Source: an uncultured Desulfosarcina sp. (GTDB lineage Bacteria; Desulfobacterota; Desulfobacteria; Desulfobacterales; Desulfosarcinaceae). From it: 64,000 nucleotides of DNA. The notes under the pieces are model-generated. The model saw only the letters and a list, made by a program, of their open reading frames with translations, had not been told where the DNA came from and searched no databases. The position numbers and the translations under genes are program-made. Every line of letters begins with the position of its first letter. Positions within the stretch are counted from its first letter, which is position 1. Location: the NCBI GenBank assembly GCA_963674945.2, contig CAXXWQ010000004.1, forward strand, positions 416,001-480,000, written 5' to 3'. Positions 9,832 to 19,436 of the stretch are shown piece after piece.

Positions 9832-11262
9832 CTATAATACCCATGTGTCTTTGCTTCCCCCCCCTTGCGACGAGTTGACCACCAGCGATCCCTTGGTGAG
9901 GGCAACGCGGGTGAGTCCGCCGGGCATCACGTAGATCTCCTCGCCAAAGAGGACATAGGGCCGAAGGTCCACGTGTCGCCCCTCGATGCAATCTCCCACG
10001 ATGGTTGGCACGCGGGAGAGGGAGATGGTCGGTTGGGCCATGTAATTGCGTGGCTCGTCCATAATCTTTCTTGCGAATTCATCCCGCTGCGCCTGACTGG
10101 CATGGGGTCCCACCAACATGCCGTACCCGCCCGATTCGTTGGCCGCCTTGACCACCAGTTGATCCAGATGGGAAAGCACGTAGCTGCGGTCCGCATCCTC
10201 CCGACAGATGTAAGTGGGAACGTTGGGCAATATGGGATCTTCGCCGGTGTAGTACGCGATGATCTTCGGCACATAGGCATACACCACCTTGTCGTCGGCA
10301 ATACCGGTACCCGGCGCATTTGCCAGGGCGATGCCTCCCTTTTTGTAGACTTCCATCAGGCCGCGCACACCCAACAGCGAGTCGGGCCGAAAGACCGCCG
10401 GATCGATAAAATCGTCATCGATCCTTCGGTAGAGAACATCGACACGCCTGGGTCCCTTTGTGGTGAGCATGTGAACATATCCATCGGCCACCACCAGGTC
10501 CTGGCCCTCCACCAGTTCCACCCCCATCTGCTGGGAGAGAAACGAGTGCTCGAAATAGGCGCTGTTGTAAATTCCGGGGGTCAGAACGCCGATGGTGGGC
10601 GACGGTCCATGATACGATGGCAGAGATTCGAGGACTTCCAGCAACTTGGTGGGGTAGTCGTCCACCGGTCGCACCCGGGACGCTTCGAAAACCTGTGGAA
10701 AGGTACGTTTGAGGACCTGTCGATTTTCCAACACATAGGAAACGCCCGAAGGGCACCGAAGGTTATCTTCCAGCACGAAAAATCGGCCGTCGCCGTCTCG
10801 CACAAGATCGGTTCCCGTCACGTGGCACCAGATGCCCTTGGGCGGTGTGAAGCCTTCACAGGCCTCCCGGTAGGTACGACTGGAGAGAATCAGATCCTCC
10901 GGAACGACTCTGTCCTTGAGAATCTTTCTGTCATTGTAAACATCCTGGATGAATTCGTTGAGGGCGAAGATGCGCTGTTTCAGGCCGCTTTCAATCTGCT
11001 GCCAGTCTTTGGACGGCACGATGCGGGGAATGATATCGAAAGGGAAAATCTTTTCCGTTCCCTCTTCTCTTCCATACACGTTGAAGGTGATACCCATCTT
11101 GAGCAAAAGTGCCTCGGCTGCCTTCTGGCGGAGGGATAGGTCCCCTTCCGGAAGGGAATCGATCTTTTCCACCAAAAGCCGGGCGCCGGGCCGGGGCTCT
11201 CCGTCGGAATCGATCAGTTCATCGTAATATCCCTGTGGGTCGTAATTCCCAAATGCTTCCAT
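9832..11262 (-). CDS. Circularly permuted type 2 ATP-grasp protein
   Basis: VLEDNLRCPSGVSY, YNSAYFEH, YRRIDDDF, GTGIADDK, VVKAANESGGYG, PGGLTRV, VVNSSQGGGSKDTWV. Confidence 0.95.
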   Translation of the reverse strand: MEAFGNYDPQGYYDELIDSDGEPRPGARLLVEKIDSLPEGDLSLRQKAAEALLLKMGITFNVYGREEGTEKIFPFDIIPRIVPSKDWQQIESGLKQRIFALNEFIQDVYNDRKILKDRVVPEDLILSSRTYREACEGFTPPKGIWCHVTGTDLVRDGDGRFFVLEDNLRCPSGVSYVLENRQVLKRTFPQVFEASRVRPVDDYPTKLLEVLESLPSYHGPSPTIGVLTPGIYNSAYFEHSFLSQQMGVELVEGQDLVVADGYVHMLTTKGPRRVDVLYRRIDDDFIDPAVFRPDSLLGVRGLMEVYKKGGIALANAPGTGIADDKVVYAYVPKIIAYYTGEDPILPNVPTYICREDADRSYVLSHLDQLVVKAANESGGYGMLVGPHASQAQRDEFARKIMDEPRNYMAQPTISLSRVPTIVGDCIEGRHVDLRPYVLFGEEIYVMPGGLTRVALTKGSLVVNSSQGGGSKDTWVL

Positions 11263-11304
11263 TTTATCGGCGCCTCCATGTCATTTCGGATATGAATCCA
11301 AGAC

Positions 11305-11320
11305 TGCAAGTCACATGCCG
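11305..11320 (-). promoter_or_regulatory. Sigma54 (-24/-12) promoter of the ATP-grasp operon
   Basis: Minus strand reads CGGCATGTGACTTGCA (GG-N10-GC), about 42 bp upstream of ATG 11262. Confidence 0.7.
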
Positions 11321-11596
11321 CGCCCGCATGACAAAACGCATCGCGATCATTCGCATCAACAGCCATTGGATAATCCGCCAATCGTATGATCGCGTGGACG
11401 ACATGGACAAAATTCGGCAGAAGAGACGATCAGATTCTATTTTATACATTATTGTATGAAATAGAATTATTTATTCCGTTTTTGTAGTTATTTCCTGTGA
11501 CAAACCGCCGGGCAGCAGACAACTTCAAAACAGGTCCGGGAAGACAGATGGAAGGTACCGGCGGATCTTGTGTGTTACGCCTATGCTCAGTATAGG

Positions 11597-12502
11597 TCAC
11601 AGGTACTTATCCCGCAGGACGGCCAAACGGGTCAGGTAGCGCTCTCTGAATTCCAGCCCCTTCTGATTGGAGATGTCGTAGAAAAGGTAGTCGATATAGG
11701 GGCGCACATCGATGCCGTACTTGTTGAACTTCTCATCGTTGGCCTTGTCGACGATCAAAATGGCGTAGTAGTTCATCAGCAGACGAATCTTGGAATCACG
11801 TCGGAGAAGGTAGCTTCGCCCCCCCAGGGTGTTGAGAAAATAACCGGCGTAGTCATACAGCCGCTCGATATTCAAGGGTTTCGTCTCCCCCGGCAGAGGC
11901 TTTCCACAGGCAACGAGTCGGTCATAAAGAACGCCCATGGCAGGTTCGATGACCCGATTTTCGGTCATGATGATGGTTTTTGCCGTGATGAGCTTCTTTT
12001 TGCCGAGGACACGATAAAAATGGGTGACATTTTTCACCAGGCGATGCAGGTCCTTCATTTCGGCGACGTTTATGGGTGGGTCGATCATAAGCATTTCGAT
12101 GCATTCCGTAAAAAACGCCAGGCTGCCTCCCTCCAGGTCCAGTTCGGCCATGAAGGGCTGCTCATCCAGATATGCGAAAAAGGATTCCATCTGCGACGCG
12201 GCCTTGGTGCAGTCGGAAGGAAGGTCATCGGTCCATTGTTCCGATGCCGGCGTGCCGAACACCCTCGGGAAGATATCGTCGCCGGATCGTGTCTGTTGCT
12301 GGCGTTCCAGTTTTTTGCGCATTTCATCGAGTTCGGCCTCCATCTTCTGAATCACCTGGAGGCAGTCGTTCTGGGCCTGCTTCCGCTGCTGGTCCAGCTG
12401 GTTCTGATGCCATTTTTTCACCACCAGGGAGATTCCCAAACCGATAACGACGAGGAGAAAAACAATGGTGACGGTTTTCAGGGGCCGATTGGAAGAATTC
12501 AC
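11597..12502 (-). CDS. Hypothetical protein with an N-terminal membrane anchor and a coiled coil
   Basis: 301-aa ORF with RBS AAGGAG; hydrophobic N-terminal helix followed by a Q/E/K-rich coil. No family recognised. Confidence 0.8.
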   Translation of the reverse strand: MNSSNRPLKTVTIVFLLVVIGLGISLVVKKWHQNQLDQQRKQAQNDCLQVIQKMEAELDEMRKKLERQQQTRSGDDIFPRVFGTPASEQWTDDLPSDCTKAASQMESFFAYLDEQPFMAELDLEGGSLAFFTECIEMLMIDPPINVAEMKDLHRLVKNVTHFYRVLGKKKLITAKTIIMTENRVIEPAMGVLYDRLVACGKPLPGETKPLNIERLYDYAGYFLNTLGGRSYLLRRDSKIRLLMNYYAILIVDKANDEKFNKYGIDVRPYIDYLFYDISNQKGLEFRERYLTRLAVLRDKYL

Positions 12503-12605
12503 ATCGATCTCCTTATCTTCATTTCAATAACACACATGGTACGGCAAAAGTCCAATATGCACAATACAATTGGAGTGTAATACGCTTTTTATATACTTTC
12601 AACGC

Positions 12606-14147
12606 CTACATGGACCGCAGGGAATCCGGCAACCAGTGGGTGAGAATCAAAAAACCGGCCAGTAAAACGGCGATGGTGGTTTGAAGGATCTGCATCCCCC
12701 GACGCCTGATCCGCCAAGGTGGAAGAAAAAAGGCAACGACGAATCCGTTTGCCGCGAAAAGAGGCGTGAGCAAGACGATGTTGTCTTTTGACCATGTCAC
12801 CATCAGCGCGCAGATGTACAGATATCCCAACCATGCCATGTTGACCGCCTTTAACCGACGTGGACCGCGAATCAGGGCGTGGGCCATCGCAGGTACAAAG
12901 AGGAGCATGGCAAATGGGCCGAATCCGGCGCCACCGTCCCCGGAAAAAATCGGTGTAAAGGGTACCACCCCTCCTTCCTGGTGCAACAGGAATACAACCA
13001 GGACCCGATGGACCTGCACCACCATATTTTTGAGATCCAGTCCGATCAGCCAGTGGATCAGCCGCCCGAAAGGTTCCGTGGGATCAAAGCATATCAGTAG
13101 GTACCGCAGCAAATTGGCAACGGCGCCCAGGATGCCATCTTCGCCGGAAACCGTTGAGGTTCCAAACAGATGGTGTCCGTTGCTCAGATTCCATGCGAAG
13201 ACCGGAATCTGTGCCAATGCAAGTGACAAAAAAATAACGATTGCGAACAAAAAGGGATGGGTCATCATCAACTCGCGCCACATGATCCAACCATGACGGC
13301 GAATCATCATGAGTATCAGCAAGAGGAACATCACCAGGCAAAGGGCGAGACTCAAGGGGTTTACGGAGATGGAAAAGGAAATACAAAGGAGAAAAAAAAG
13401 GAGATCCCCGGCACGGTGTTGCTCCACTAACCGATAGATGAGCACCATGGCATAGGTTACCGCGGATGCCATGATCAATTCAGAATCGGGCCAACGTGCC
13501 AGCATCAACAATCGGGGCATGGCAAGAACCATCAAGGTAATGGTCAGGGCCATGGGCGGCCATGCATAGCGGCGGGCCAGGGCATAGGCGGACAGTCCCG
13601 CTGCCACGTGGGCCATCAAGCCGATTCCCCAGACATGGGGGGATAGGCCGAAGCGCTCTCCATGAAAGAACAGGGCCGCGGTATTGAGTGGCGTGATCGC
13701 CCTGGCTGCATCGCGGTGCAAGATCCCCCCACGCCACCCGCCGGCCACCTCCTTCCAGGCGAACGATGCCGTCGGATGATCCGACGAAATCCAACCGATC
13801 AATATCATCGCGGCCATACATCCCCACGAAACAAAAAGAATCGCCATGGGAAACGGTTCTTTGCGAAAAAACGCCACCACTGAAGAAAGGTGACGTCCAA
13901 TGGGCCGAAATTGTCGAATGCACCAGGTAACGGCGGTCACGATACCTGCCATCTCCAAAAAGCGGGAAGGCCATACAGAACCCAGGAAAAAGGAGAGCTG
14001 GTGAATCAGGGAAATGGTCATGAAGACCATAATGACGGCGCCGGCACCCGCTTCTGCCAGCGTATAACCACTGGAACGCAGCCACACGAAACCGGCAATG
14101 ACGAACAGGACCGTCTCGCCGGACAAGATCGGTGCGAACCCGTTCAT
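12606..14147 (-). CDS. Polytopic membrane protein, possibly GT-C (ArnT/PMT-like) fold
   Basis: Roughly 12 hydrophobic segments. Function is speculative; start may be 14156. Confidence 0.65.
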   Translation of the reverse strand: MNGFAPILSGETVLFVIAGFVWLRSSGYTLAEAGAGAVIMVFMTISLIHQLSFFLGSVWPSRFLEMAGIVTAVTWCIRQFRPIGRHLSSVVAFFRKEPFPMAILFVSWGCMAAMILIGWISSDHPTASFAWKEVAGGWRGGILHRDAARAITPLNTAALFFHGERFGLSPHVWGIGLMAHVAAGLSAYALARRYAWPPMALTITLMVLAMPRLLMLARWPDSELIMASAVTYAMVLIYRLVEQHRAGDLLFFLLCISFSISVNPLSLALCLVMFLLLILMMIRRHGWIMWRELMMTHPFLFAIVIFLSLALAQIPVFAWNLSNGHHLFGTSTVSGEDGILGAVANLLRYLLICFDPTEPFGRLIHWLIGLDLKNMVVQVHRVLVVFLLHQEGGVVPFTPIFSGDGGAGFGPFAMLLFVPAMAHALIRGPRRLKAVNMAWLGYLYICALMVTWSKDNIVLLTPLFAANGFVVAFFLPPWRIRRRGMQILQTTIAVLLAGFLILTHWLPDSLRSM

Positions 14148-14192
14148 CTTTGCCAACCGGCCTCTTTGGCGCCGGGGGGTGAAACGGACGAG

Positions 14193-14540
14193 TTACCCAT
14201 GATATTCTCCGTCGGACTTGGCAGCCTCATCCGCCTTGAGGTGGTCGACGATTTCGATCATGAAGTCTCGCATGTTCCGGGCCAACCGTTCACACTCCGG
14301 GCAGTAGATCTTGCGCAGCATTTTGCCGTGCGCATCGTTTTGATGCCAGTACCATTCGATGTAGGGTGAACCCTTACAAAACTTCTTTCCCGTATACTGG
14401 GCGATGGGACATCCCGTACAGACCAGGACATAGAAAAGGCGGCACGGCGGGCAGTCCAAAACGCCACCATCACTCCCCTTCCCTTCGAGGATCCGGTTCC
14501 ATTTGCGAACGGACGCTTCCATGATGGAGATCTTGTTCAC
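14193..14540 (-). CDS. Small Cys-rich hypothetical protein
   Basis: GTG start after GGAGGGG, with GTGA overlap on the HDAC stop; CPPC, CTGCP, FC and CPEC motifs. Confidence 0.8.
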   Translation of the reverse strand: MNKISIMEASVRKWNRILEGKGSDGGVLDCPPCRLFYVLVCTGCPIAQYTGKKFCKGSPYIEWYWHQNDAHGKMLRKIYCPECERLARNMRDFMIEIVDHLKADEAAKSDGEYHG

Positions 14541-15598
14541 CTGCCCCTCCTTTGCATACCTTTCCAGAATCGGCCGTGAATGTGGGCGCAACGGGTGATG
14601 AGTTGATCGACTTTTGCCAAATCGGCGGTGGCCGCCAGGGCATCCAGGTCGCATCTGGTCTGACCGGTCAGTTCATGGATCATGGCGAATACAGATTCAA
14701 CCAGGGCACCCGGATCGTATCCCCCCTCCAGACAGAAAACCACCCGTCCTTCACAGGCCTCGCCGGCAAGGTCCACGATCAGACGGGTCAAACCGGCAAA
14801 CCCCGCCGGTGTCACCTTCATCCCACCCAAGGGGTCTCCGGTGTGGAGATCGAAACCCGCGGAAACCAGGATCAGCTGCGGCGCGAAGCCATGCGTAACG
14901 GGAGGAAGGAGGCGACGATACAAGGCGATGAAGTCGCCGTCGGTCCATCCCTTTCCCAAAGGCACGTTCAATGTGGTACCCTCCCCCGGCCCCATGCCGG
15001 TTTCGGTGAGGTGACCGGTACCGGGATAATGGGGAAACTGATGGGAAGAGAAGAAAAACACCGATGGATCCCGATCGAAAATATGCTGGGTCCCGTTTCC
15101 GTGGTGCAGGTCCCAGTCGATCACCATTACCCGTTCGACTCCCATTTCTTTTCGTGCCGTCACGGCGCCGATGGCCACATTGTTGAAAATGCAATACCCC
15201 ATGGCCCGACTCCGTTCGGCGTGGTGCCCGGGAGGACGCGCCAGAACAAGGGCATGTGATACCCGACGGGCCAATACCTGTTCTATGGCGGAGATGGTTC
15301 CACCGGCGGCCATCGATGCCACATCGTAGGTTCGATCACAGGCCAGGGTATCTGCACTCAAAGTCGACGACGGAAAGGCAGCCGTTCCTTTCACCTTCTT
15401 CAGATAGGCCGGGCTGTGCACGCCGAGGATCTCATGGTCCGTGGCACGGCGAGGTGCGATGGTTGCAATGTGTCGAGACAGCGTTGCATTTTTCAACAGA
15501 TCATACAGGATACGGAGTCGACGGGGATGCTCCGGATGACCTTCATCGGTAATATGTTCCAGAAAAACAGGATCCCAAACCAGACCGAGACGGGTCAT
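14537..15598 (-). CDS. Histone deacetylase family protein (class II-like Zn amidohydrolase)
   Basis: HPEHPRRL, RPPGHHA, GYCIFNNVA, DWDLHHGNGTQ, SAGFD, LEGGY. Confidence 0.95.
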   Translation of the reverse strand: MTRLGLVWDPVFLEHITDEGHPEHPRRLRILYDLLKNATLSRHIATIAPRRATDHEILGVHSPAYLKKVKGTAAFPSSTLSADTLACDRTYDVASMAAGGTISAIEQVLARRVSHALVLARPPGHHAERSRAMGYCIFNNVAIGAVTARKEMGVERVMVIDWDLHHGNGTQHIFDRDPSVFFFSSHQFPHYPGTGHLTETGMGPGEGTTLNVPLGKGWTDGDFIALYRRLLPPVTHGFAPQLILVSAGFDLHTGDPLGGMKVTPAGFAGLTRLIVDLAGEACEGRVVFCLEGGYDPGALVESVFAMIHELTGQTRCDLDALAATADLAKVDQLITRCAHIHGRFWKGMQRRGR

Positions 15599-16524
15599 AT
15601 CTCATCCCCTGGGTGCTGATTTCTGTTTTTCTTCTCGGGGACCGTCAACACCGCACACGGCGACCGGCGCAGGACCGCCTCGGTGGTCGAGCCGGAAAAC
15701 CAGCGCCCCACTTGTCCCGACGGCCGTACCCCCACCACCACCAGGTCTGCAGCCCGACGCAGGATGGAGTCCAGAAGCATCTCCTGGGGTACGCCGGGGG
15801 CCACCGTGACGGAAATGGATGCGGCATGGGGAAAAAGCTGTTTCCCCTGGGCCAGAAGCTCCCCGCTGCGTCGATCCTGCAATGCCTGCTGCACCTGGCC
15901 GTAGGACGCACCTTCGTCCTCACCGACTTCTTGATCCAACGGCCGCTCCAGGGCGAGGATCAGATGAATCCGTTGATCCTTGCACGATTGCAGTTGGGTT
16001 AAAAGCGGTGCCAACCGGCGCCAGCAACCGTGATCGTCACAGCCGATCACCATGGATCGAAAGCCACCGAATGGCTGATCTTTCCCATCAAATCCTGGTT
16101 TGACCACCAGCATGGGACACGGCAGCAACCGTGTGAGCCGTTCCACCACGGTTCCTACGAAAAGCCGCTTGAAACCTGAGACACCGTGACTGGCCGAAAC
16201 CACCAGGCAATGCTTTCGTTTGCGGACGAATTCACTGGTTTGCTCCGCAGGGTCACCGGAACAGACAACCGCCTCCCATTGAACGGGTGATCGGCGCATC
16301 AGTGTCGCCATACGTTCTTGTGCCTCATCCGTAAGCCGTTTCAGGTCGCCGCCCCGCTCGAACATCGCCGTCGGATGCAAGCGGTCCTGGGGCTCGTTCA
16401 CCCCGTGAATCAGGGTAAGAGGGACACCCGCGGTCTTGGACAGGACCATTCCATATTGGACCACCATGGGACTGAATTGGGAAAAATCGACCGTACAGAC
16501 GATGTTTTCGATGGTATGCGGCAT
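15595..16524 (-). CDS. Tandem-domain universal stress protein
   Basis: Start at MPHTIENIVCTVDFS after GAGGAG; GTVVERL and GSTTEAVLRRSPCAVL USP motifs. Confidence 0.88.
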   Translation of the reverse strand: MPHTIENIVCTVDFSQFSPMVVQYGMVLSKTAGVPLTLIHGVNEPQDRLHPTAMFERGGDLKRLTDEAQERMATLMRRSPVQWEAVVCSGDPAEQTSEFVRKRKHCLVVSASHGVSGFKRLFVGTVVERLTRLLPCPMLVVKPGFDGKDQPFGGFRSMVIGCDDHGCWRRLAPLLTQLQSCKDQRIHLILALERPLDQEVGEDEGASYGQVQQALQDRRSGELLAQGKQLFPHAASISVTVAPGVPQEMLLDSILRRAADLVVVGVRPSGQVGRWFSGSTTEAVLRRSPCAVLTVPEKKNRNQHPGDEI

Positions 16525-16682
16525 GGTGACGCGCTCCTCATAAAGGTGCAGTGCCGGTCGGTCAATGGGCGCGCAAATAAACAGAGCGACGAAGGGAATG
16601 GAAAGAAACACAACTTCAGATATTGCACGATACTGTCTGGCATCTTCGACCTGGAAAAGCTCTTTACGATGCATCAGGTACC

Positions 16683-16711
16683 ACTGTAAAAAAAGCCACC
16701 GGGCCTGTCAA
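16683..16711 (-). promoter_or_regulatory. Sigma70-type promoter for the USP-HDAC string
   Basis: Minus strand TTGACA-17 bp-TACAGT. Confidence 0.55.
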
Positions 16712-16837
16712 TTGGTATGTCGCATGCGATTACCAATTGAACTCATCTGTGTTTGCGTCTACTATAGCTATCGTATCTTGGTGAACTATCCCACTTGAAA
16801 AAATAAAATATGCCTTCATGGCGAAAGGAGAGATAGC

Positions 16838-17272
16838 GTGATCAAATCAATCGCCAAAGTGTTCAATTCGGCAACCGAACCGGAACAGATATCCATGGCC
16901 CTTTGCCTATCCATCATCGCGGGCTTTACACCTGGTCTCTCTTTCCACAATCTGATCATCCTTCTTTTGGTGCTGGTGCTGCGGGTGAACCTTATCGGCT
17001 TCGGCATCGGATGGGCACTCTTCTCCTTTGCGGCGTATCTGCTGACCCCTCTGTTTCACCGGATCGGCCTGGTGATCCTCACGGCTCCTTCTCTCACCGC
17101 CTTCTGGACCGAACTCTACAACACCAGCTGGTTTCGTCTGGATCGGCTGAACAACACCGTCGTCATGGGCAGCCTGTTCTTCTCCCTGGCCCTTTTCGTA
17201 CCCTGCCTGCTTTTATTCACTCTGCTCATCCGACGCTTCGCCGTTTCGGGAAAAAAAGGAGGTGCCGCATGA
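16838..17272 (+). CDS. TIGR03546 family membrane protein
   Basis: KVFNSATEPEQIS...RVNL...RLNNTVVMGSL; coupled by ATGA to the next gene. Confidence 0.85.
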   Translation: MIKSIAKVFNSATEPEQISMALCLSIIAGFTPGLSFHNLIILLLVLVLRVNLIGFGIGWALFSFAAYLLTPLFHRIGLVILTAPSLTAFWTELYNTSWFRLDRLNNTVVMGSLFFSLALFVPCLLLFTLLIRRFAVSGKKGGAA

Positions 17273-19020
17273 AGCGCTGGATTCGATTGAAAGGACTCAT
17301 CGCTTTCATCGCCGTTGTCGCAGCCATCGTTCTCCTATGGGTACTGGTGGTGGATACGGTGGTACGGCGCGTCATAGAACAAACCGGGACCCGTGTCGTC
17401 GGCGCCCGGGTAGACCTGGCCGATGCAGACCTGACCCTGTTTCCTACCGGTCTGACGCTGACCGGCCTTGCGGTCACCAACCCCGACAAACCAATGAAAA
17501 ACGCCGTGGAGATCCAGACGATGAAGATGGACCTGGATCCGGCATACCTGATCAAACGAAAGGTGATCGTCAACAACATGATCGTAGCGGGACTCTCCTT
17601 TAATACGGATCGCAGGACCTCCGGTGCGATTCCACGACCCCAAAAGCCAAAAGAAGAGGAAAACGGCAGGGAAACGTCGGAAAACAGCTGTGGCAAGTTC
17701 TCCATGCCCGATCTTTCCCGTACCGATGTGGCGACCATTTTGGCCAAGGAACAGCTCGCGTCCGTGGAGCAGGCCAAGACCCTGCAAGCAGAGATAAAGG
17801 CGGATGAAAAACGCTGGGAAAAGAGACTGACCGAACTGGCCGACAAAAAAAAGCTGGCCGATTATCAAAAACGGGTGGAGAAACTGAAAGGGACCGGTGG
17901 ATCACTGGGCGCCATCCTGGGGGCGGCCGGAGATGTGCAACAACTGCAGGCGGACATACAACGGGACTTGAATCATCTGAAGCAGGCCCAAACTGATTTC
18001 AAGAAGGACCTGAATCGGTATCAAGGAAAAGTTCAGAAGCTTTCCAAGGCGCCCCTTGGCGACATCAACCGGCTCATGGAAAAGTATAGCATCTCGCCCA
18101 AAGGCATGGACAATCTCAGCCAGCTGATTTTCGGCCAGCCGTTGTGCGGATGGATGAAGACCCTTTGGGAAACCTATGAAACGATAAAGCCCTATCTTCC
18201 CGAAACGTCCCCGAAAACAGATGACGCGCCCGAGGTTAAAAAACCGTTGCGGGGCAAGGGAATCGACATCAAATTCCCCGAGGTTCCCCCCATGCCCGAC
18301 TTCCTCATCCGCAATCTGAAAATCAATGCCCTCGTGGCGGCGGGAGACCTGACGGGCAAGGCGGAAAACATCACCTTCGCGCAGCATATCCTGGGCAGTC
18401 CCACGACCTTTGCCTTTTTGGGTAAAGAGATGAAAAACATCGAAGCCTTGAGCCTGATCGGCAGCGCCGACTATGTCAAACCCGATAGACCCAAAAACAG
18501 CGTCCGGCTGTCGCTGCAGGGTCTGGCCGTAAAAGATATCGTGTTGGTCGACCAGGCCGCCTTCCCCTTGACCCTTTCGCGGGCTACCAGCCAGCTGAAG
18601 GCGAATATGGCCACCGAAAAAGACGCCATCCATGGGACCATTACGGCCGACTTCGGCAATGTCACTTTTAACACGGCATCGGACAAGCCGAAATCGCAGA
18701 TTGCCGAGGCCATGGGAGACGCACTTTCCAGGGTAAAACAGTTCTCCGTCCATGCGACCATCGACGGCACCTTCGATGAGTATTCCATCAACGCCGACTC
18801 CAACCTGGACAAGGTGTTGCAATCCGCTTTAGGAAGTCTGGTAAAAAAAGAGGCCGCCAAATTCCAGGCAGCCCTTACCAGACAGATCAACGCCAAATTT
18901 CAAGACCCCCTGACCCAGGCCAAACAGAGCGTGGCCGGCCTGGAAGATATCGAGGCGGAACTTGCCAGGCGGCTCGATCTGGGAGACGACCTGCGAAAGG
19001 GACTGAAGCTGCCCTTCTGA
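17269..19020 (+). CDS. TIGR03545 family protein (AsmA-like N-terminus)
   Basis: Start at MKRWIRLKG after AGGAGG; GARVD, AVTNPDKPMKN, RGKGIDIKF, PDFLIR; typical pairing with TIGR03546. Confidence 0.85.
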   Translation: MKRWIRLKGLIAFIAVVAAIVLLWVLVVDTVVRRVIEQTGTRVVGARVDLADADLTLFPTGLTLTGLAVTNPDKPMKNAVEIQTMKMDLDPAYLIKRKVIVNNMIVAGLSFNTDRRTSGAIPRPQKPKEEENGRETSENSCGKFSMPDLSRTDVATILAKEQLASVEQAKTLQAEIKADEKRWEKRLTELADKKKLADYQKRVEKLKGTGGSLGAILGAAGDVQQLQADIQRDLNHLKQAQTDFKKDLNRYQGKVQKLSKAPLGDINRLMEKYSISPKGMDNLSQLIFGQPLCGWMKTLWETYETIKPYLPETSPKTDDAPEVKKPLRGKGIDIKFPEVPPMPDFLIRNLKINALVAAGDLTGKAENITFAQHILGSPTTFAFLGKEMKNIEALSLIGSADYVKPDRPKNSVRLSLQGLAVKDIVLVDQAAFPLTLSRATSQLKANMATEKDAIHGTITADFGNVTFNTASDKPKSQIAEAMGDALSRVKQFSVHATIDGTFDEYSINADSNLDKVLQSALGSLVKKEAAKFQAALTRQINAKFQDPLTQAKQSVAGLEDIEAELARRLDLGDDLRKGLKLPF

Positions 19021-19036
19021 TCCTGACGTTGGTTGT

Positions 19037-19204
19037 CTATCCGTTGTTCATTTCCGCGTTTTGCGGTTTGGCGCTCTCAACGACTCTGGTCAGAAATTTT
19101 GGTCTGGTGACAAAAATCAGGGCAGGTAATAACGTCAGCGCAGCCAGAGAGGAGTACACCGTGTTACCGATCATCAACGTTCCCACAAACCGGTTTCCGG
19201 CCAG
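19037..19204 (-). pseudogene. 3' remnant of a third MMPL/RND paralog
   Basis: Translates LAGNRFVGTLMIGNTVYSSLAALTLLPALIFVTRPKFLTRV...stop, nearly identical to the C-terminus of 25276..28812. No start codon; an in-frame stop lies just upstream. Confidence 0.85.
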
Positions 19205-19249
19205 AAAATTCGATTTGAAATTCGCTCCACTTCAGCTACAGAGCTGACG

Positions 19250-19377
19250 GCGAGTTCCATGCCATGATTTTTTATTTATATATTCAATATGTTGTGTAGT
19301 TTTTCTTCTCTTACAACCATATGTGGTAGAAAACAATAACCAAATATGTTATATAATATTGTTTTACTAAATATCGT
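19250..19377 (-). promoter_or_regulatory. Sigma54 promoter module, copy 1 (-24/-12 box, IHF-like site, three UAS boxes)
   Basis: TGGCATGGAACTCGC (19250-19264, minus); TATTCAATATGTTG 19281-19294; boxes ACCATATGTGGT 19316, ACCAAATATGTT 19339, ACTAAATATCGT 19366. Confidence 0.75.
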
Positions 19378-19436
19378 GTATTCGTAATGGCATTTAATTA
19401 AAATCGCGCAGCAAGCGATAATACCAAATTTCCCAA

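Noticed and set aside
11264..11449. 61-aa ORF as a possible precursor peptide for the ATP-grasp operon
   Set aside because: It spans the predicted sigma54 promoter, has no clear RBS and shows no leader/core pattern.
16903..17268. N-terminal extension making the TIGR03545 ORF 705 aa
   Set aside because: It overlaps the TIGR03546 gene in another frame; the RBS and ATGA coupling put the true start at 17269.
19029..19247. 72-aa plus-strand ORF
   Set aside because: It is the antisense of the MMPL remnant.
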